Source: an uncultured Burkholderiales bacterium
GTDB lineage: Bacteria; Bacteroidota; Bacteroidia; UBA8524
Length of the DNA: 64,000 bases
NCBI GenBank assembly: GCA_964584305.1
Contig: CAZOZL010000007.1
Span: 11,405 to 75,404 of the forward strand
Direction of reading: 5' to 3'
The first letter of the stretch is position 1. Every line of letters begins with the position of its first letter. Below the pieces are notes generated by a model. The model had not been told where the DNA came from. It did no database searches and saw only the letters and a list, made by a program, of their open reading frames with translations. Shown here piece by piece: positions 1-9,856 of the stretch. The position numbers were made by a program, and so were the translations under genes.

Positions 1-228
1 ATAAATATTTTTTACTTGGAACTCCAAACTGTCTAAGTAGTTTTTTCTACTGGTTGCCGTTGTTTTAAATTGTGCATTTAACTTTTTGCTCAACTCAAAC
101 TCATTATACACTTTGCCTAATTGTACATAGCCTGTTCTCTTTTCTTTATGTATAAAAAAATAAGTGATTGCCAGTGAAATTATTACACTAACAATTGCTA
201 CAACTATATAGGAAACTGCTTTTTTCAT
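1..228 (-). CDS. OmpH/Skp-family periplasmic chaperone-like protein (5' part; runs off the window edge)
   Basis: Not in the ORF track. ATG at 228 reads MKKAVSYIVVAIVSVIISLAITYFFIHKEKRTGYVQLGKVYNEFELSKKLNAQF...LDSLE. A hydrophobic N-terminus followed by GYVxxxKVYNEF and a helical region is typical of Bacteroidota OmpH. Confidence 0.7.
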   Translation of the reverse strand, partial: MKKAVSYIVVAIVSVIISLAITYFFIHKEKRTGYVQLGKVYNEFELSKKLNAQFKTTATSRKNYLDSLEFQVKNIY

Positions 229-235
229 TATTTTT

Positions 236-1414
236 TTAATAGCAATTGTTTGTTGTTTGGTTATTGGTAATTCGCAAATACCATTTTTCACCTTTGGCAT
301 TAGTTATTACCAAAAGATAGTGTTCGCCATTGATGAGGTTTGCTGCATTGGGGCAGGAATTAAGGGTATAGGTATTGTAGCCTTTTGTAACGCTTAGGTT
401 TAGCTGGGCTGAGGTATTTACTATTTTGTTTTTACTATTGTAAATGGTGGCATTTAGTAAAGTTCCTTCTTCTACGTTGTATTCTTCGTAATAGGCAAAG
501 TGTATGGTATTGTTTTGTACATGGCATACGGATAGGTCTTTTTTTTGTTTTACTAATACGGGAGCTCTTGGGGCAATTATTTCTTTCTCGCAAGGGGTAG
601 AAAAAGTCCATATTTCACTGGCAATAACGGTTTGTCCGTTTATTATGCCTTTTACTTGCCAAGCATAGGTTTTACAAAGGTTAAATTTTCTTGCTGAAAA
701 AGGATAGGTGAGTAATGTGTTCTCTAAACCTTGTTGGTAAAAGTATTGAGGATTAGCAGTTAAGGCAACATAAGGGGTTTGGTTTACTAAAACTTCTGCG
801 ATAGAAATAGTATAGGTAAGTTTATATTCTCGTGAGCTTTCAATTGAACCTACTGTGCGTGTAGCACTTGCAGGAAGCCACATAAAGTTTGGGTTTTCTT
901 CTTTAATAGTATCCTTATCAAATACCGATACTAATTGAAGAAAAGAGGGCATTAGTACACTGTGGTTGCCTGAGTATTCTGCTAATTTGGTTGTTGTTCC
1001 AGCATTAGTTCCGTATAGTGTATAATCAAATTTATAATCGCCTGCTGGGAAGAGTCCACCTCTCTGTATGATACTATTAATTACAGTTGAACTTTTGTAT
1101 GGATAACTAAATGGACTTATTTGAGATAACGAGGTTGAATTTATATTTAGTGAAGTAGCACTAATTATAAATTTTTTTGACTGGGCTTCTATTAATAAAC
1201 CTCTGTTTACATCAAACACTCGTAAACTTATACGGTAGTTATCATACTTGTTTTGATTGTCTATTGAAATAGAGATATTCCATAAATCTTCAAATCGAAA
1301 ATCATTGGGGGGTGTTATTGAAAATATTGAGTTTTGGGCTTTACTACCAAAAGAGCAGCAAAAAACAAAAATTAAACAATACACTATTTTAAAATTCAAC
1401 GCTTTTATCATCAT
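236..1414 (-). CDS. Secreted hypothetical protein with Ig/fibronectin-like domains
   Basis: 392 aa with a signal peptide. Motifs GGLFPAGDY, PNFMWLP and YAWQVKG...SEIWTF resemble FN3-like/DUF928-type modules of Bacteroidota surface loci. Confidence 0.6.
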   Translation of the reverse strand: MMIKALNFKIVYCLIFVFCCSFGSKAQNSIFSITPPNDFRFEDLWNISISIDNQNKYDNYRISLRVFDVNRGLLIEAQSKKFIISATSLNINSTSLSQISPFSYPYKSSTVINSIIQRGGLFPAGDYKFDYTLYGTNAGTTTKLAEYSGNHSVLMPSFLQLVSVFDKDTIKEENPNFMWLPASATRTVGSIESSREYKLTYTISIAEVLVNQTPYVALTANPQYFYQQGLENTLLTYPFSARKFNLCKTYAWQVKGIINGQTVIASEIWTFSTPCEKEIIAPRAPVLVKQKKDLSVCHVQNNTIHFAYYEEYNVEEGTLLNATIYNSKNKIVNTSAQLNLSVTKGYNTYTLNSCPNAANLINGEHYLLVITNAKGEKWYLRITNNQTTNNCY

Positions 1415-1476
1415 AACTTAGCTGAACAATCGGTAACTACTTCAAATGTGTAGCTAAAAATTTTTATAAACAAGAT

Positions 1477-1490
1477 ATTTTCGACGAACG
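1477..1490 (-). promoter_or_regulatory. Candidate operator CGTTCGTCGAAAAT upstream of the 392-aa gene
   Basis: An identical 14-mer lies at 4281-4294. The core TTCGnCGAA is palindromic. Confidence 0.45.
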
Positions 1491-1493
1491 ACA

Positions 1494-4229
1494 TTACCAT
1501 TTTTTTATCATACTGAAAATCAACAGGTTCTCAATATACGATGGGTCGTTATCTACAATAATATTTGATATATAGTTGGTATTTTGGTAACGTATTTTTA
1601 ATAATAGGTTTTCAAGAATGGGGTAATTAATATCATAGAAGTAAGATTTTCTATTACCCAAGTTATTATCTGTTATAGTAAAGCCTACTTGCTGATTTAG
1701 CTTTCGTTTGTGGATATATCCCATTGATAATGTTCCTACATATCCCCTAATTGGTGTATTTGATAGCTGCTCTATCCTATTAAGATTAATACTGGTATTA
1801 AATTTTTGTTTGTACGATAAAAAGTAATTGGCAGTATAAGTATTTGATATAAAATTATTATAGCCTATTCTGCTTCTAACATCTTGTTGGGTAAACAGTG
1901 CTGACCATTGGTGGTAATAACTGCCTTTCCTAAGACCATAAGTAGATGTTGCTGTAAGTAAATTGGTGTTAAAATAATTACTTTGAGTTTGCTGTACCAT
2001 AGGCATATACAATACTCTAAGAGTGGGCCAATTAGGCACTCTGATGGATATATCACCCCCAAAATTTTCATTTTTGGTAGTAAACATTTTGATGTTACTT
2101 AAATTATCAGTGGTCAACCTATAAAATGCTGATACGACGGCTCGCCCTTTCCAAAGCCTTTGTGTAATTTTTGCATCATTCATAAATATATCTGTAAGAA
2201 TAAATGGAGTACCGAAAGAGACGTAGGTAGGGGCTACTTTTTTACTAACTAATGATAATGTTGTAGTGTTTTTATTAAGTTGTTGTTTAATAGATACTTT
2301 ATAGCCGTATCCTACCCTTATACCACTACTACTTTTTTGATTAATAATATTAGCTATCCAGTTGCCCGTAGTTTCTCGGTTAACAGTATTTTCTGTTAAT
2401 AGATTTAGTGTTTGCTTATCTGTTATTTGTGAGCCAGCAATTTCTCCTTGCAGTATCGTTTTCCCTTTAAACAGTGTTGTTCTAAATTGTGTAGAAAGCA
2501 CTTTGTTGTTTCCTGTATTAGCATAAAAAAGCGTGGTACTATCGTCTCTAATAAGAGTATTGTTTCCCAAGTCTTTTGCATCAATAAATTGTAGGCTAAT
2601 AAAGTTGCCGCTTTGTTTTCCTACTCCTACCCAAGCACTTAGCAGGTTTCTTTCAAAGGGTGTGGGCGAGTTATTCTCATTAGTTAGTCCAGAGGTACGT
2701 TGCAATTTTCCATAAGCCCCGCCAAAAAAAATATTTTTGAATTGTAGTTCTGCGCCTCCCCCTCTTATGGGAACACCGTTAAGCGTGAGTTCACTGGTAA
2801 AAGGGGCAAAAAAGCCAAAGTTGATACTTTTAAAGGATTTTAAAAATTTGAGTTTATCTTTTAATTTTGAAGGGTCTCTTAGTGATTTTTTTGCACTGTC
2901 CTTAATATTTGCAGGGGTAAAATCACCTCTCTGTTTTCTAATACTATCTAATTTGCTTTGGTACTCATAGGCATGGTATAGGTTGGCATAGTTCTCTTTT
3001 AATACTTCGTATTCTTCTTTCCTTTTTTTATTAGCAAAAAGTCTATCCCGTTGTTGTTTCAATATTTCTCTTCTTGATTTTGAGAGTGGGGTATTGCTTA
3101 ATAAGCTGTCTGCATTTTTTAGTCTTGCTTCGTCTTGTTCTGAAAAAGGATTCCGAGTGGTGTTGAGTTGCGTTTCTAACCGAGTTAATGAGTCTTTTAG
3201 CATTTCAGTGTCGAAGGGTTTTTCATATATACTGATTACTTTAGCTAACGTTTTTTGTTTTTGTAGTAAGTTTAAGTAGGCTTCCTTCTTTGCTTCAATA
3301 GGGGCTAAATTATCTCTTTGTTGTTGTAGTGTTTTTATTCTCTCTGTATTAAGGTATGGGGATGAGTCTTGCAGTAACTTGTTTAAACTATCTAAGCTGT
3401 TTATTTTAGCTAATTCGCTTTTTATATATGGATTGGAAAGTATTTTATTCAGCTTGCTTAATTCTTCTGCTTTCTTTTTGTAGTTACCCAGTTCCGTGTT
3501 TTCTAACAGGTAATCGGCACCTAAGTTTTTCAGGTACTTCTGCTCCATATTTTGTTTAAACCTATTAGCATCAAAATAGAGGTTAAACATATTCATATTT
3601 TGAAAGTTCTTGTCTGAAGCGGTGGAGTAATTCATTCTTGCGCCTATAGGCACTCCAAATACCTCTAATTGTGGATTAAGGATTACATTAGTATAGCTTG
3701 CAGGGAGGTTTTGAAAACTTCCCTGCCTGTTAGAATAATTACCAGATACTTCCGCATAACCTGTAAAACGAATAGGAAGTGGTTTTTTATTTGGTTTGTT
3801 TTCTCTTTCCTTATTTAAGAGTATGGTAACGCAGTGATTACCCAATTCCACATTATCAAAAGCGTTAATAAAACTGAAACATAGCTGAACTTCGCCTTGT
3901 GTAAGAATTCTGCTATTACGCAACTCATCTGATAGTATGTTTTCGCTTATTTTGCTAAGTTCTGATGTATTTATAGAGGTAATGCCTTGTTGTAATTGTA
4001 TTTGCTGATATGTGATAACGGCTAATTGGTTTTGAGACTGTGAAAGGATAATTTGTAGTTTCCCCGTTAGCACATTGTTTTGGTTGTTATTTAACTGTAT
4101 AAAAAAGGAGTTATCAATAGCTATTGTACCTTGAGGTAATTGCGAAGGTGTAATGATAACTTGCCCTTTGATAGAGAAAGAGAGTAAAAACAATAAAAAA
4201 GAATAAATAAGTTTGCGACTGAAAAACAT
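1494..4229 (-). CDS. Large outer-membrane protein: N-terminal Ig-like domain, long coiled-coil insert, C-terminal beta-barrel
   Basis: 911 aa with a signal peptide. A K/E/L/Q-rich helical segment spans about aa 220-460. The C-terminal half has alternating amphipathic strands and ends in W. Confidence 0.6.
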   Translation of the reverse strand: MFFSRKLIYSFLLFLLSFSIKGQVIITPSQLPQGTIAIDNSFFIQLNNNQNNVLTGKLQIILSQSQNQLAVITYQQIQLQQGITSINTSELSKISENILSDELRNSRILTQGEVQLCFSFINAFDNVELGNHCVTILLNKERENKPNKKPLPIRFTGYAEVSGNYSNRQGSFQNLPASYTNVILNPQLEVFGVPIGARMNYSTASDKNFQNMNMFNLYFDANRFKQNMEQKYLKNLGADYLLENTELGNYKKKAEELSKLNKILSNPYIKSELAKINSLDSLNKLLQDSSPYLNTERIKTLQQQRDNLAPIEAKKEAYLNLLQKQKTLAKVISIYEKPFDTEMLKDSLTRLETQLNTTRNPFSEQDEARLKNADSLLSNTPLSKSRREILKQQRDRLFANKKRKEEYEVLKENYANLYHAYEYQSKLDSIRKQRGDFTPANIKDSAKKSLRDPSKLKDKLKFLKSFKSINFGFFAPFTSELTLNGVPIRGGGAELQFKNIFFGGAYGKLQRTSGLTNENNSPTPFERNLLSAWVGVGKQSGNFISLQFIDAKDLGNNTLIRDDSTTLFYANTGNNKVLSTQFRTTLFKGKTILQGEIAGSQITDKQTLNLLTENTVNRETTGNWIANIINQKSSSGIRVGYGYKVSIKQQLNKNTTTLSLVSKKVAPTYVSFGTPFILTDIFMNDAKITQRLWKGRAVVSAFYRLTTDNLSNIKMFTTKNENFGGDISIRVPNWPTLRVLYMPMVQQTQSNYFNTNLLTATSTYGLRKGSYYHQWSALFTQQDVRSRIGYNNFISNTYTANYFLSYKQKFNTSINLNRIEQLSNTPIRGYVGTLSMGYIHKRKLNQQVGFTITDNNLGNRKSYFYDINYPILENLLLKIRYQNTNYISNIIVDNDPSYIENLLIFSMIKKW

Positions 4230-4280
4230 ATTTGGTCTAAATATATGCGATTCCTGTTTAATTAATAATAAATTCTTCAG

Positions 4281-4294
4281 ATTTTCGACGAACG
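4281..4294 (-). promoter_or_regulatory. Candidate operator CGTTCGTCGAAAAT upstream of the 911-aa gene
   Basis: Identical to 1477-1490 and about 50 bp upstream of the start codon. Confidence 0.45.
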
Positions 4295-4473
4295 GAGCAG
4301 GTTTTTAAGAAAATGTTGAAGAAATTAGGCTAAGGTATTACTTTAGTGTAAATAGCTAATTACATAGTGAAGGCTATTGCTACTTAAACAACAAAGTGTA
4401 TAAGTAATGGGTCATGTTAAAAATTACTCTTAAAAATATTAACGGTTGCTCTTCGAAAAAGATTCAATACGTA

Positions 4474-5268
4474 TTAAACTGCAATAGGGGCTTTAATGGA
4501 AGGGTGTGGGGTATAATTTTCCAACGTAAAATCTTCAAACTTAAAATCGAATATAGATTTTACCTCAGTGTTTAGTTTCATAGTAGGGAAGGGGTAAACT
4601 TCTCTGCTTAGTTGTGTTTCTACCTGCTCAAAATGGTTACTATAAATATGTGCATCGCCAAATGTGTGGACAAAATCGCCTAATTCAAAGCCACATTCAT
4701 GTGCTATCATCATAGTGAGCAAGGCATAGCTGGCAATATTGAAGGGAACGCCCAAAAATATATCGGCACTGCGCTGGTATAGCTGGCAGCTAAGTTTATT
4801 ATCAGCCACATAAAACTGAAACATAGTGTGGCAAGGCATAAGTGCCATATTAGGCAAATCTGCCACATTCCAAGCACTAATAATCATGCGGCGGCTATCA
4901 GGGCTTTTTTTCAACATATCAAGCACCTGCTTCATTTGGTCTATTGATTGCCCGTTGGGTACTGCCCAGTTGCGCCATTGTTGCCCATATACAGGTCCTA
5001 AATTGCCGTTTTCATCCGCCCACTCATCCCAAATTTTCACCCCATTATCTTTAAGGTATTTTATATTGGTATCCCCCTTCAAAAACCATAATAGTTCATG
5101 AATGATAGATTTTAAATGCACTTTTTTAGTGGTAATTAGCGGGAAACCTTCTTGTAGGTTAAATCGCATTTGGTAGCCGAAAACACTGCGAGTACCTGTA
5201 CCCGTACGGTCGGTTTTGGTAACTCCATTTTGGTGCACATAGCGTAGAAAGGTTTCGTATTGGTTCAT
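4474..5268 (-). CDS. thyA: Thymidylate synthase
   Basis: DRTGTGT, MALMPCH (catalytic Cys) and [18 protein letters not shown] motifs; 264 aa. Confidence 0.98.
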   Translation of the reverse strand: MNQYETFLRYVHQNGVTKTDRTGTGTRSVFGYQMRFNLQEGFPLITTKKVHLKSIIHELLWFLKGDTNIKYLKDNGVKIWDEWADENGNLGPVYGQQWRNWAVPNGQSIDQMKQVLDMLKKSPDSRRMIISAWNVADLPNMALMPCHTMFQFYVADNKLSCQLYQRSADIFLGVPFNIASYALLTMMIAHECGFELGDFVHTFGDAHIYSNHFEQVETQLSREVYPFPTMKLNTEVKSIFDFKFEDFTLENYTPHPSIKAPIAV

Positions 5269-5391
5269 ATTTATAGCTAATAAATAACACTACAAAAATT
5301 AGCTTTAGTAATAGCATTGCCAAAGTGTATTATCAACAGAAGGTGAATAGATAAAAATCTTGCTCGTTTTGATTTAATCTTTAGTTTAGCT

Positions 5392-6618
5392 TTGCTGGCG
5401 TTGAATTTTAGTTATTACATAGGGCAAAGACTCACATTTAAGGGAAAAAAAACCTTCTCGCGTTTAATCATCAGGATAGGTATTGCGGGCATAGCACTAA
5501 GCATTGCTGTAATGATTGGGGCTGTTGCTATACTCACAGGTTTCCAAAAAGAGATAACCAATAAAGTAATAGGTTTTGGCAGCCATATACAGGTGCGTGC
5601 CTTAGATATGAACGAAACATATGAAGCGCACCCCATAAACAGATACGGCAATTATTTTGATGAACTAAAAAAACTACCTGTAATAAAACAAATGCAGGTG
5701 TATGCCCAAAAAGCAGCCATTATAAAAACCGATGATAATGTAGAGGGGATAGTGCTAAAAGGAGTGGATAGTAGTTATGATTGGAGTTTTTTGCAAAAAT
5801 GTTTAATCAATGGCAAATTGCCCCGCCTTGATGGTGAATTTGCCAGTAAAGAAATCTTACTATCAAAAACCATTGCTAATAAACTTCAACTAAAAGTGGG
5901 CGATAAGGTGCGTTTATATTTTATACAAGAACCTGTGCGGGCAAGGGCATTAACTATTTCGGGTGTTTTTGAGACAGGGCTTGAAGATTATGATAACTCG
6001 TTTGCTTTGGTAGATATACGGCATATACAAAAACTTAATGGCTGGAGCGATAGCTTGGTGCATGGGCATGAGATAACCCTAAAAAGTTTTGATAACCTGC
6101 AAAATATTGCTGACGATATTAATGCTGAACTCCCCCCACAATTGTACGCATATAGTGCAGTGAAAATGAAACCACAAATTTTTGATTGGCTAAACTTGCT
6201 GGATATTAATGTGATAATTATAATAGTATTAATGATTTTGGTTGCCAGTATCAATATGGTTACTGCATTATTAGTACTAATAATTGAGCGTACTAATATG
6301 ATAGGAATACTAAAGGCTTTGGGTAGTAGCAATGCGGGTATTCAAAAAATATTTTTATACAAAGCGGCGTACCTAATTGTGCAGGGATTGGGCATAGGCA
6401 ATATCTTAGGCATTGGGTTTTGTTTATATCAGGCTGAAACAAAGTTTATAACCCTTAATGCTGAATCGTATTATTTAAGTTTTGTACCCATAAATATTGA
6501 TTGGACAGCTATTGCAATTATTAATATTGGGGCATTTGTAATATGCTTGTTGGCTATGATACTGCCCAGCCTAATGGTTTCACGTATTAGCCCAGTAAAA
6601 GCTATCCGTTTTGATTAA
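5392..6618 (+). CDS. ABC transporter permease, LolC/E (FtsX-like) family
   Basis: N-terminal TM, large periplasmic domain, IIERTNMIGILKALG motif, C-terminal SPVKAIRFD. Confidence 0.88.
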   Translation: MLALNFSYYIGQRLTFKGKKTFSRLIIRIGIAGIALSIAVMIGAVAILTGFQKEITNKVIGFGSHIQVRALDMNETYEAHPINRYGNYFDELKKLPVIKQMQVYAQKAAIIKTDDNVEGIVLKGVDSSYDWSFLQKCLINGKLPRLDGEFASKEILLSKTIANKLQLKVGDKVRLYFIQEPVRARALTISGVFETGLEDYDNSFALVDIRHIQKLNGWSDSLVHGHEITLKSFDNLQNIADDINAELPPQLYAYSAVKMKPQIFDWLNLLDINVIIIIVLMILVASINMVTALLVLIIERTNMIGILKALGSSNAGIQKIFLYKAAYLIVQGLGIGNILGIGFCLYQAETKFITLNAESYYLSFVPINIDWTAIAIINIGAFVICLLAMILPSLMVSRISPVKAIRFD

Positions 6619-6701
6619 AGATGTAAATGTGATTGTTTTTATTTCTGTTGCCTATTTTTTTGTAATGCACTTTTGTTAGGTTCTTTAACATTGGTATAAT
6701 T

Positions 6702-6728
6702 GTACGGGCAATGCCTGCAAGCATTGCC
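6702..6728. repeat. REP-like palindrome GTACG-GGCAATGC-N6-GCATTGCC
   Basis: 8-bp perfect inverted repeat in intergenic DNA, preceded by GTAC. Confidence 0.4.
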
Positions 6729-6903
6729 ACAGCAGTACCCTCTTTTTTTATGATAGTGTGTTGTAAATACCATCAAACCGTTTTCAAAATAAAAATCTTC
6801 ACCTTCTTTATCCATTATCTATTTTTGTTTCAACTTTTACACACACTTTGTCGTTTATACATTGCGTAACACAAAATTTGTTTAGTTTGCGCCGCACTTT
6901 GCC

Positions 6904-9201
6904 ATGAAGAAAATTTTTATAGTACTACTACTCTTTTTTAATGTTTCACATATATATAGCCAAACTGGGGAAATTAGGGGTGTTGTATTTGACAAAACCA
7001 CTGGAGAAGCCCTTATTGGCGTTAGCGTAATAATACAAGAAACCAAACAGGGAGCCGCCACCAACTTGAACGGTTTTTTTACCATTAATAAAATAAAACC
7101 AGGCACTTATACATTACGAGCTACCTATTTAGGGTATGATACTACACGTACAAAGATAACCATAGAAGCCAAAAGTGTTAAAAGCAAAACTATATATCTT
7201 CAAGAGTCTGCTATTGATGTTGCTGAAGTAATAGTATCTGCCGCCGCGCAAGAAAAGAAAACAAAAAATAGTGTGGCTACAACAAAACTCACACAAAAAA
7301 ATCTGAGGCAATTAGTAACCGTAGGTGGAGAGCCTGATTTAGTACAAAGTTTGCAAATACTACCAGGGGTTACCACAACAGGAGACCAAGGGGGGCAGTT
7401 GTTTATTAGAGGTGGTTCACCAATTATGAATAAAATAATTTTAGATGGGATGACTATTTATAATCCATTCCACTCCATAGGGATGTTTTCAGTTTTCGAT
7501 TCTGATATTATACGAAACGCCGATGTATATTCTGCGGGATTTGGCGCACAGTATGGCGGTAGAATATCTGCCGTTGTTGATGTTACCACTCGTGAGGGGT
7601 CGAAAAATAGATTTGCAGGCAAGGTTTCAGTCAATCCTTTTACGGCAAAAGTATTGCTTGAAGGACCTTTGAAAAAATTTAAAGAAGGCGGAGGGAGTGT
7701 TTCCTATATATTTTCTTACAAATCTTCTTATTTAGATAAAACTGCGGGCTCTATATACTCCTACGTTGAAGATGATCGCTTACCATATAGTTTCGATGAT
7801 TTGTATGGTAAAATATCAATTAATGCTCGTAATGGAAGCAAGTTTGAGGTATTTGGTTTTGATTTTAGAGACAGGGTAAATTTTGCAAACAGCACGGCGT
7901 ATAACTGGAAATCAAAAGGTTTTGGTACTCGTTTCGTTGCTATTCCCGATGCCGCTCATACTGTTGCTGATGGTTTTATTTCATTTTCGAATTATGAGAT
8001 AGAGCAAACAGAAGCCGATAATTTGCCAAGAAAAAGCGGTATAAACGGGTTTAATGTAGGCTTAAACTTTACCTATTTAATGGGGTTAAATGATATTAAA
8101 TACGGTATTGAACTAAATGGTTTTTCAACCAATTTTGAAACCATTAATGCAGTAGGGCGAAAGTTGCAACAAGAAGATAACAATACAGAAATAGCCTTTT
8201 ATATCCGCCATCGTAATGTGTTTAAACGTTGGGTGATAGAACCAGGTTTTCGATTACAATACTACGCCTCATTGGCGGAGCAATCTCCAGAACCACGTTT
8301 AAGTGTAAAGTATAATGCAGGCACACGTTTACGGTTTACTGGTGCAGCAGGCTTATACTCGCAAAACCTAATGGCATCAGTAAGCGATAGAGATGTGGTA
8401 AACCTGTTTTATGGTTTCTTATCAAGTCCTGAAAGTTTGCCCAGTAGTTTTGATGGACAGCCAAGAGAAACAAGACTGCAAAAGGCAAGGCATATTGTGC
8501 TGGGGGTGGAGTATGATATTAATTCCAAATTAGAGGTTTTGGTAGAAGGATATATTAAAAGATTTGACCAAATAACTAATGTTAACCGTGATAAACTGTT
8601 TGAAGACATTGAAAGTAATTTTAACCAACCCGAATTTTTAAGAAAAGACTTTGTTATTGAAAGAGGACAGGCGAGTGGGATAGACATACGTTTTCAGTAC
8701 GACGACCGTAAAAACCTGTACCTATGGTTGGTGTATTCACTTACCTATGTTGACCGTTACGATGGTATTCGTACTTATTTCCCCAATTTCGATCGTAGGC
8801 ATAATATTAACTTAGTGGGAGCATACTCTTTTGGTAAAAAGAAAAATTGGGAGATTAATGCACGGTGGAATTTTGGTTCGGGTTTTCCCTTCACCCTCAC
8901 GCAAGGTTTTTATGAGCAGTTACCATTTCAAGGCTCTATTGGGCAAGACTACACAAATAGCAACGGAGATTTAGGTATTTTATATGGGGATATAAATACA
9001 GGCAGATTGCCCTATTTCCACCGATTAGATATATCAATAAAAAATAAAGTGAAGTTAAATAAAAACAGCGAGCTAAATATTATTGCAAGTGTTATAAATA
9101 CATATAACAGGGCTAATATTTTCTACTTCGACCGTGTAAACTTTACCCGTATTAATCAGTTGCCCATATTACCAAGTTTAGGTTTTAACCTTACCTTTTA
9201 A
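6904..9201 (+). CDS. TonB-dependent receptor
   Basis: Signal peptide, carboxypeptidase-regulatory-like N-domain, plug (LPGV...IRGG...ILDG...YGGRISAVVDV), barrel ending in F. Confidence 0.92.
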   Translation: MKKIFIVLLLFFNVSHIYSQTGEIRGVVFDKTTGEALIGVSVIIQETKQGAATNLNGFFTINKIKPGTYTLRATYLGYDTTRTKITIEAKSVKSKTIYLQESAIDVAEVIVSAAAQEKKTKNSVATTKLTQKNLRQLVTVGGEPDLVQSLQILPGVTTTGDQGGQLFIRGGSPIMNKIILDGMTIYNPFHSIGMFSVFDSDIIRNADVYSAGFGAQYGGRISAVVDVTTREGSKNRFAGKVSVNPFTAKVLLEGPLKKFKEGGGSVSYIFSYKSSYLDKTAGSIYSYVEDDRLPYSFDDLYGKISINARNGSKFEVFGFDFRDRVNFANSTAYNWKSKGFGTRFVAIPDAAHTVADGFISFSNYEIEQTEADNLPRKSGINGFNVGLNFTYLMGLNDIKYGIELNGFSTNFETINAVGRKLQQEDNNTEIAFYIRHRNVFKRWVIEPGFRLQYYASLAEQSPEPRLSVKYNAGTRLRFTGAAGLYSQNLMASVSDRDVVNLFYGFLSSPESLPSSFDGQPRETRLQKARHIVLGVEYDINSKLEVLVEGYIKRFDQITNVNRDKLFEDIESNFNQPEFLRKDFVIERGQASGIDIRFQYDDRKNLYLWLVYSLTYVDRYDGIRTYFPNFDRRHNINLVGAYSFGKKKNWEINARWNFGSGFPFTLTQGFYEQLPFQGSIGQDYTNSNGDLGILYGDINTGRLPYFHRLDISIKNKVKLNKNSELNIIASVINTYNRANIFYFDRVNFTRINQLPILPSLGFNLTF

Positions 9202-9205
9202 TAAA

Positions 9206-9787
9206 TTGCCCTCAATGAGAGGGAGATTATTTTTGATACTGGTAAGCATTTTACTACCATTAGTATCCATAGCTCAACAAAACGATAGTAAAACCACCAC
9301 AAAATTTACTTTGGGGGGGGAGTTTCAGGCATACCCAGCGGGGCAAATGTATGGGCTACGGGGCGAGTACTTTATCAATCAAAAATCAGAGATAAATTTT
9401 CGTGTAGGATATAATGCAGCCTTTAGGAAAGATTTTAGTGGTTTAAATGATAATGAGCAGGGCGGTGGTAGTGGCTTTGGGTTAGGATATAGATACCATT
9501 TTGCTAACGGTTTTTTAAGAAATTTTTTTATAGGTGCGCGCTGCGATTTTTGGCAGCTAAGTATAGACTGGCGTGATAATGATAATATACCCAGTACGGG
9601 TAATACCAAAATAAGCGTAGTGCAACCTACTGCTGATTTTGGATATAAAGTAAAAATAACGAAAAACTTAGCAGCTACATTTTCCGTTGCCTTTGGGCAA
9701 GAGATAAATGTGGTTACTAAAGGCGATGCCGTGGGACAGGGGGGGATTTCATTAGTAGGTGCTACACTGTCTTATAAAATATTCTAA
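9206..9787 (+). CDS. Small outer-membrane beta-barrel protein (hypothetical)
   Basis: Signal peptide, amphipathic strands, C-terminal LSYKIF. The real start is probably the ATG at 9215. Confidence 0.65.
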   Translation: MPSMRGRLFLILVSILLPLVSIAQQNDSKTTTKFTLGGEFQAYPAGQMYGLRGEYFINQKSEINFRVGYNAAFRKDFSGLNDNEQGGGSGFGLGYRYHFANGFLRNFFIGARCDFWQLSIDWRDNDNIPSTGNTKISVVQPTADFGYKVKITKNLAATFSVAFGQEINVVTKGDAVGQGGISLVGATLSYKIF

Positions 9788-9820
9788 TGAAAGGCTTTCG
9801 CATAGGGAGTTTATTATTTT

Positions 9821-9828
9821 TATATTTG
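9821..9828 (+). promoter_or_regulatory. Bacteroidota -7 promoter element (TATATTTG)
   Basis: Matches TAnnTTTG about 30 bp upstream of the haloperoxidase gene. Confidence 0.55.
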
Positions 9829-9856
9829 CCAATTCATCTCACAATCTAAAAAACAA

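Noticed and set aside
9313-9745. G8 and G7 tracts in the small barrel gene as phase-variation switches
   Set aside because: The gene is in frame, and similar G6-G7 runs at Gly codons occur in ftsY, mutS and the gldM-like gene, so codon usage explains them.
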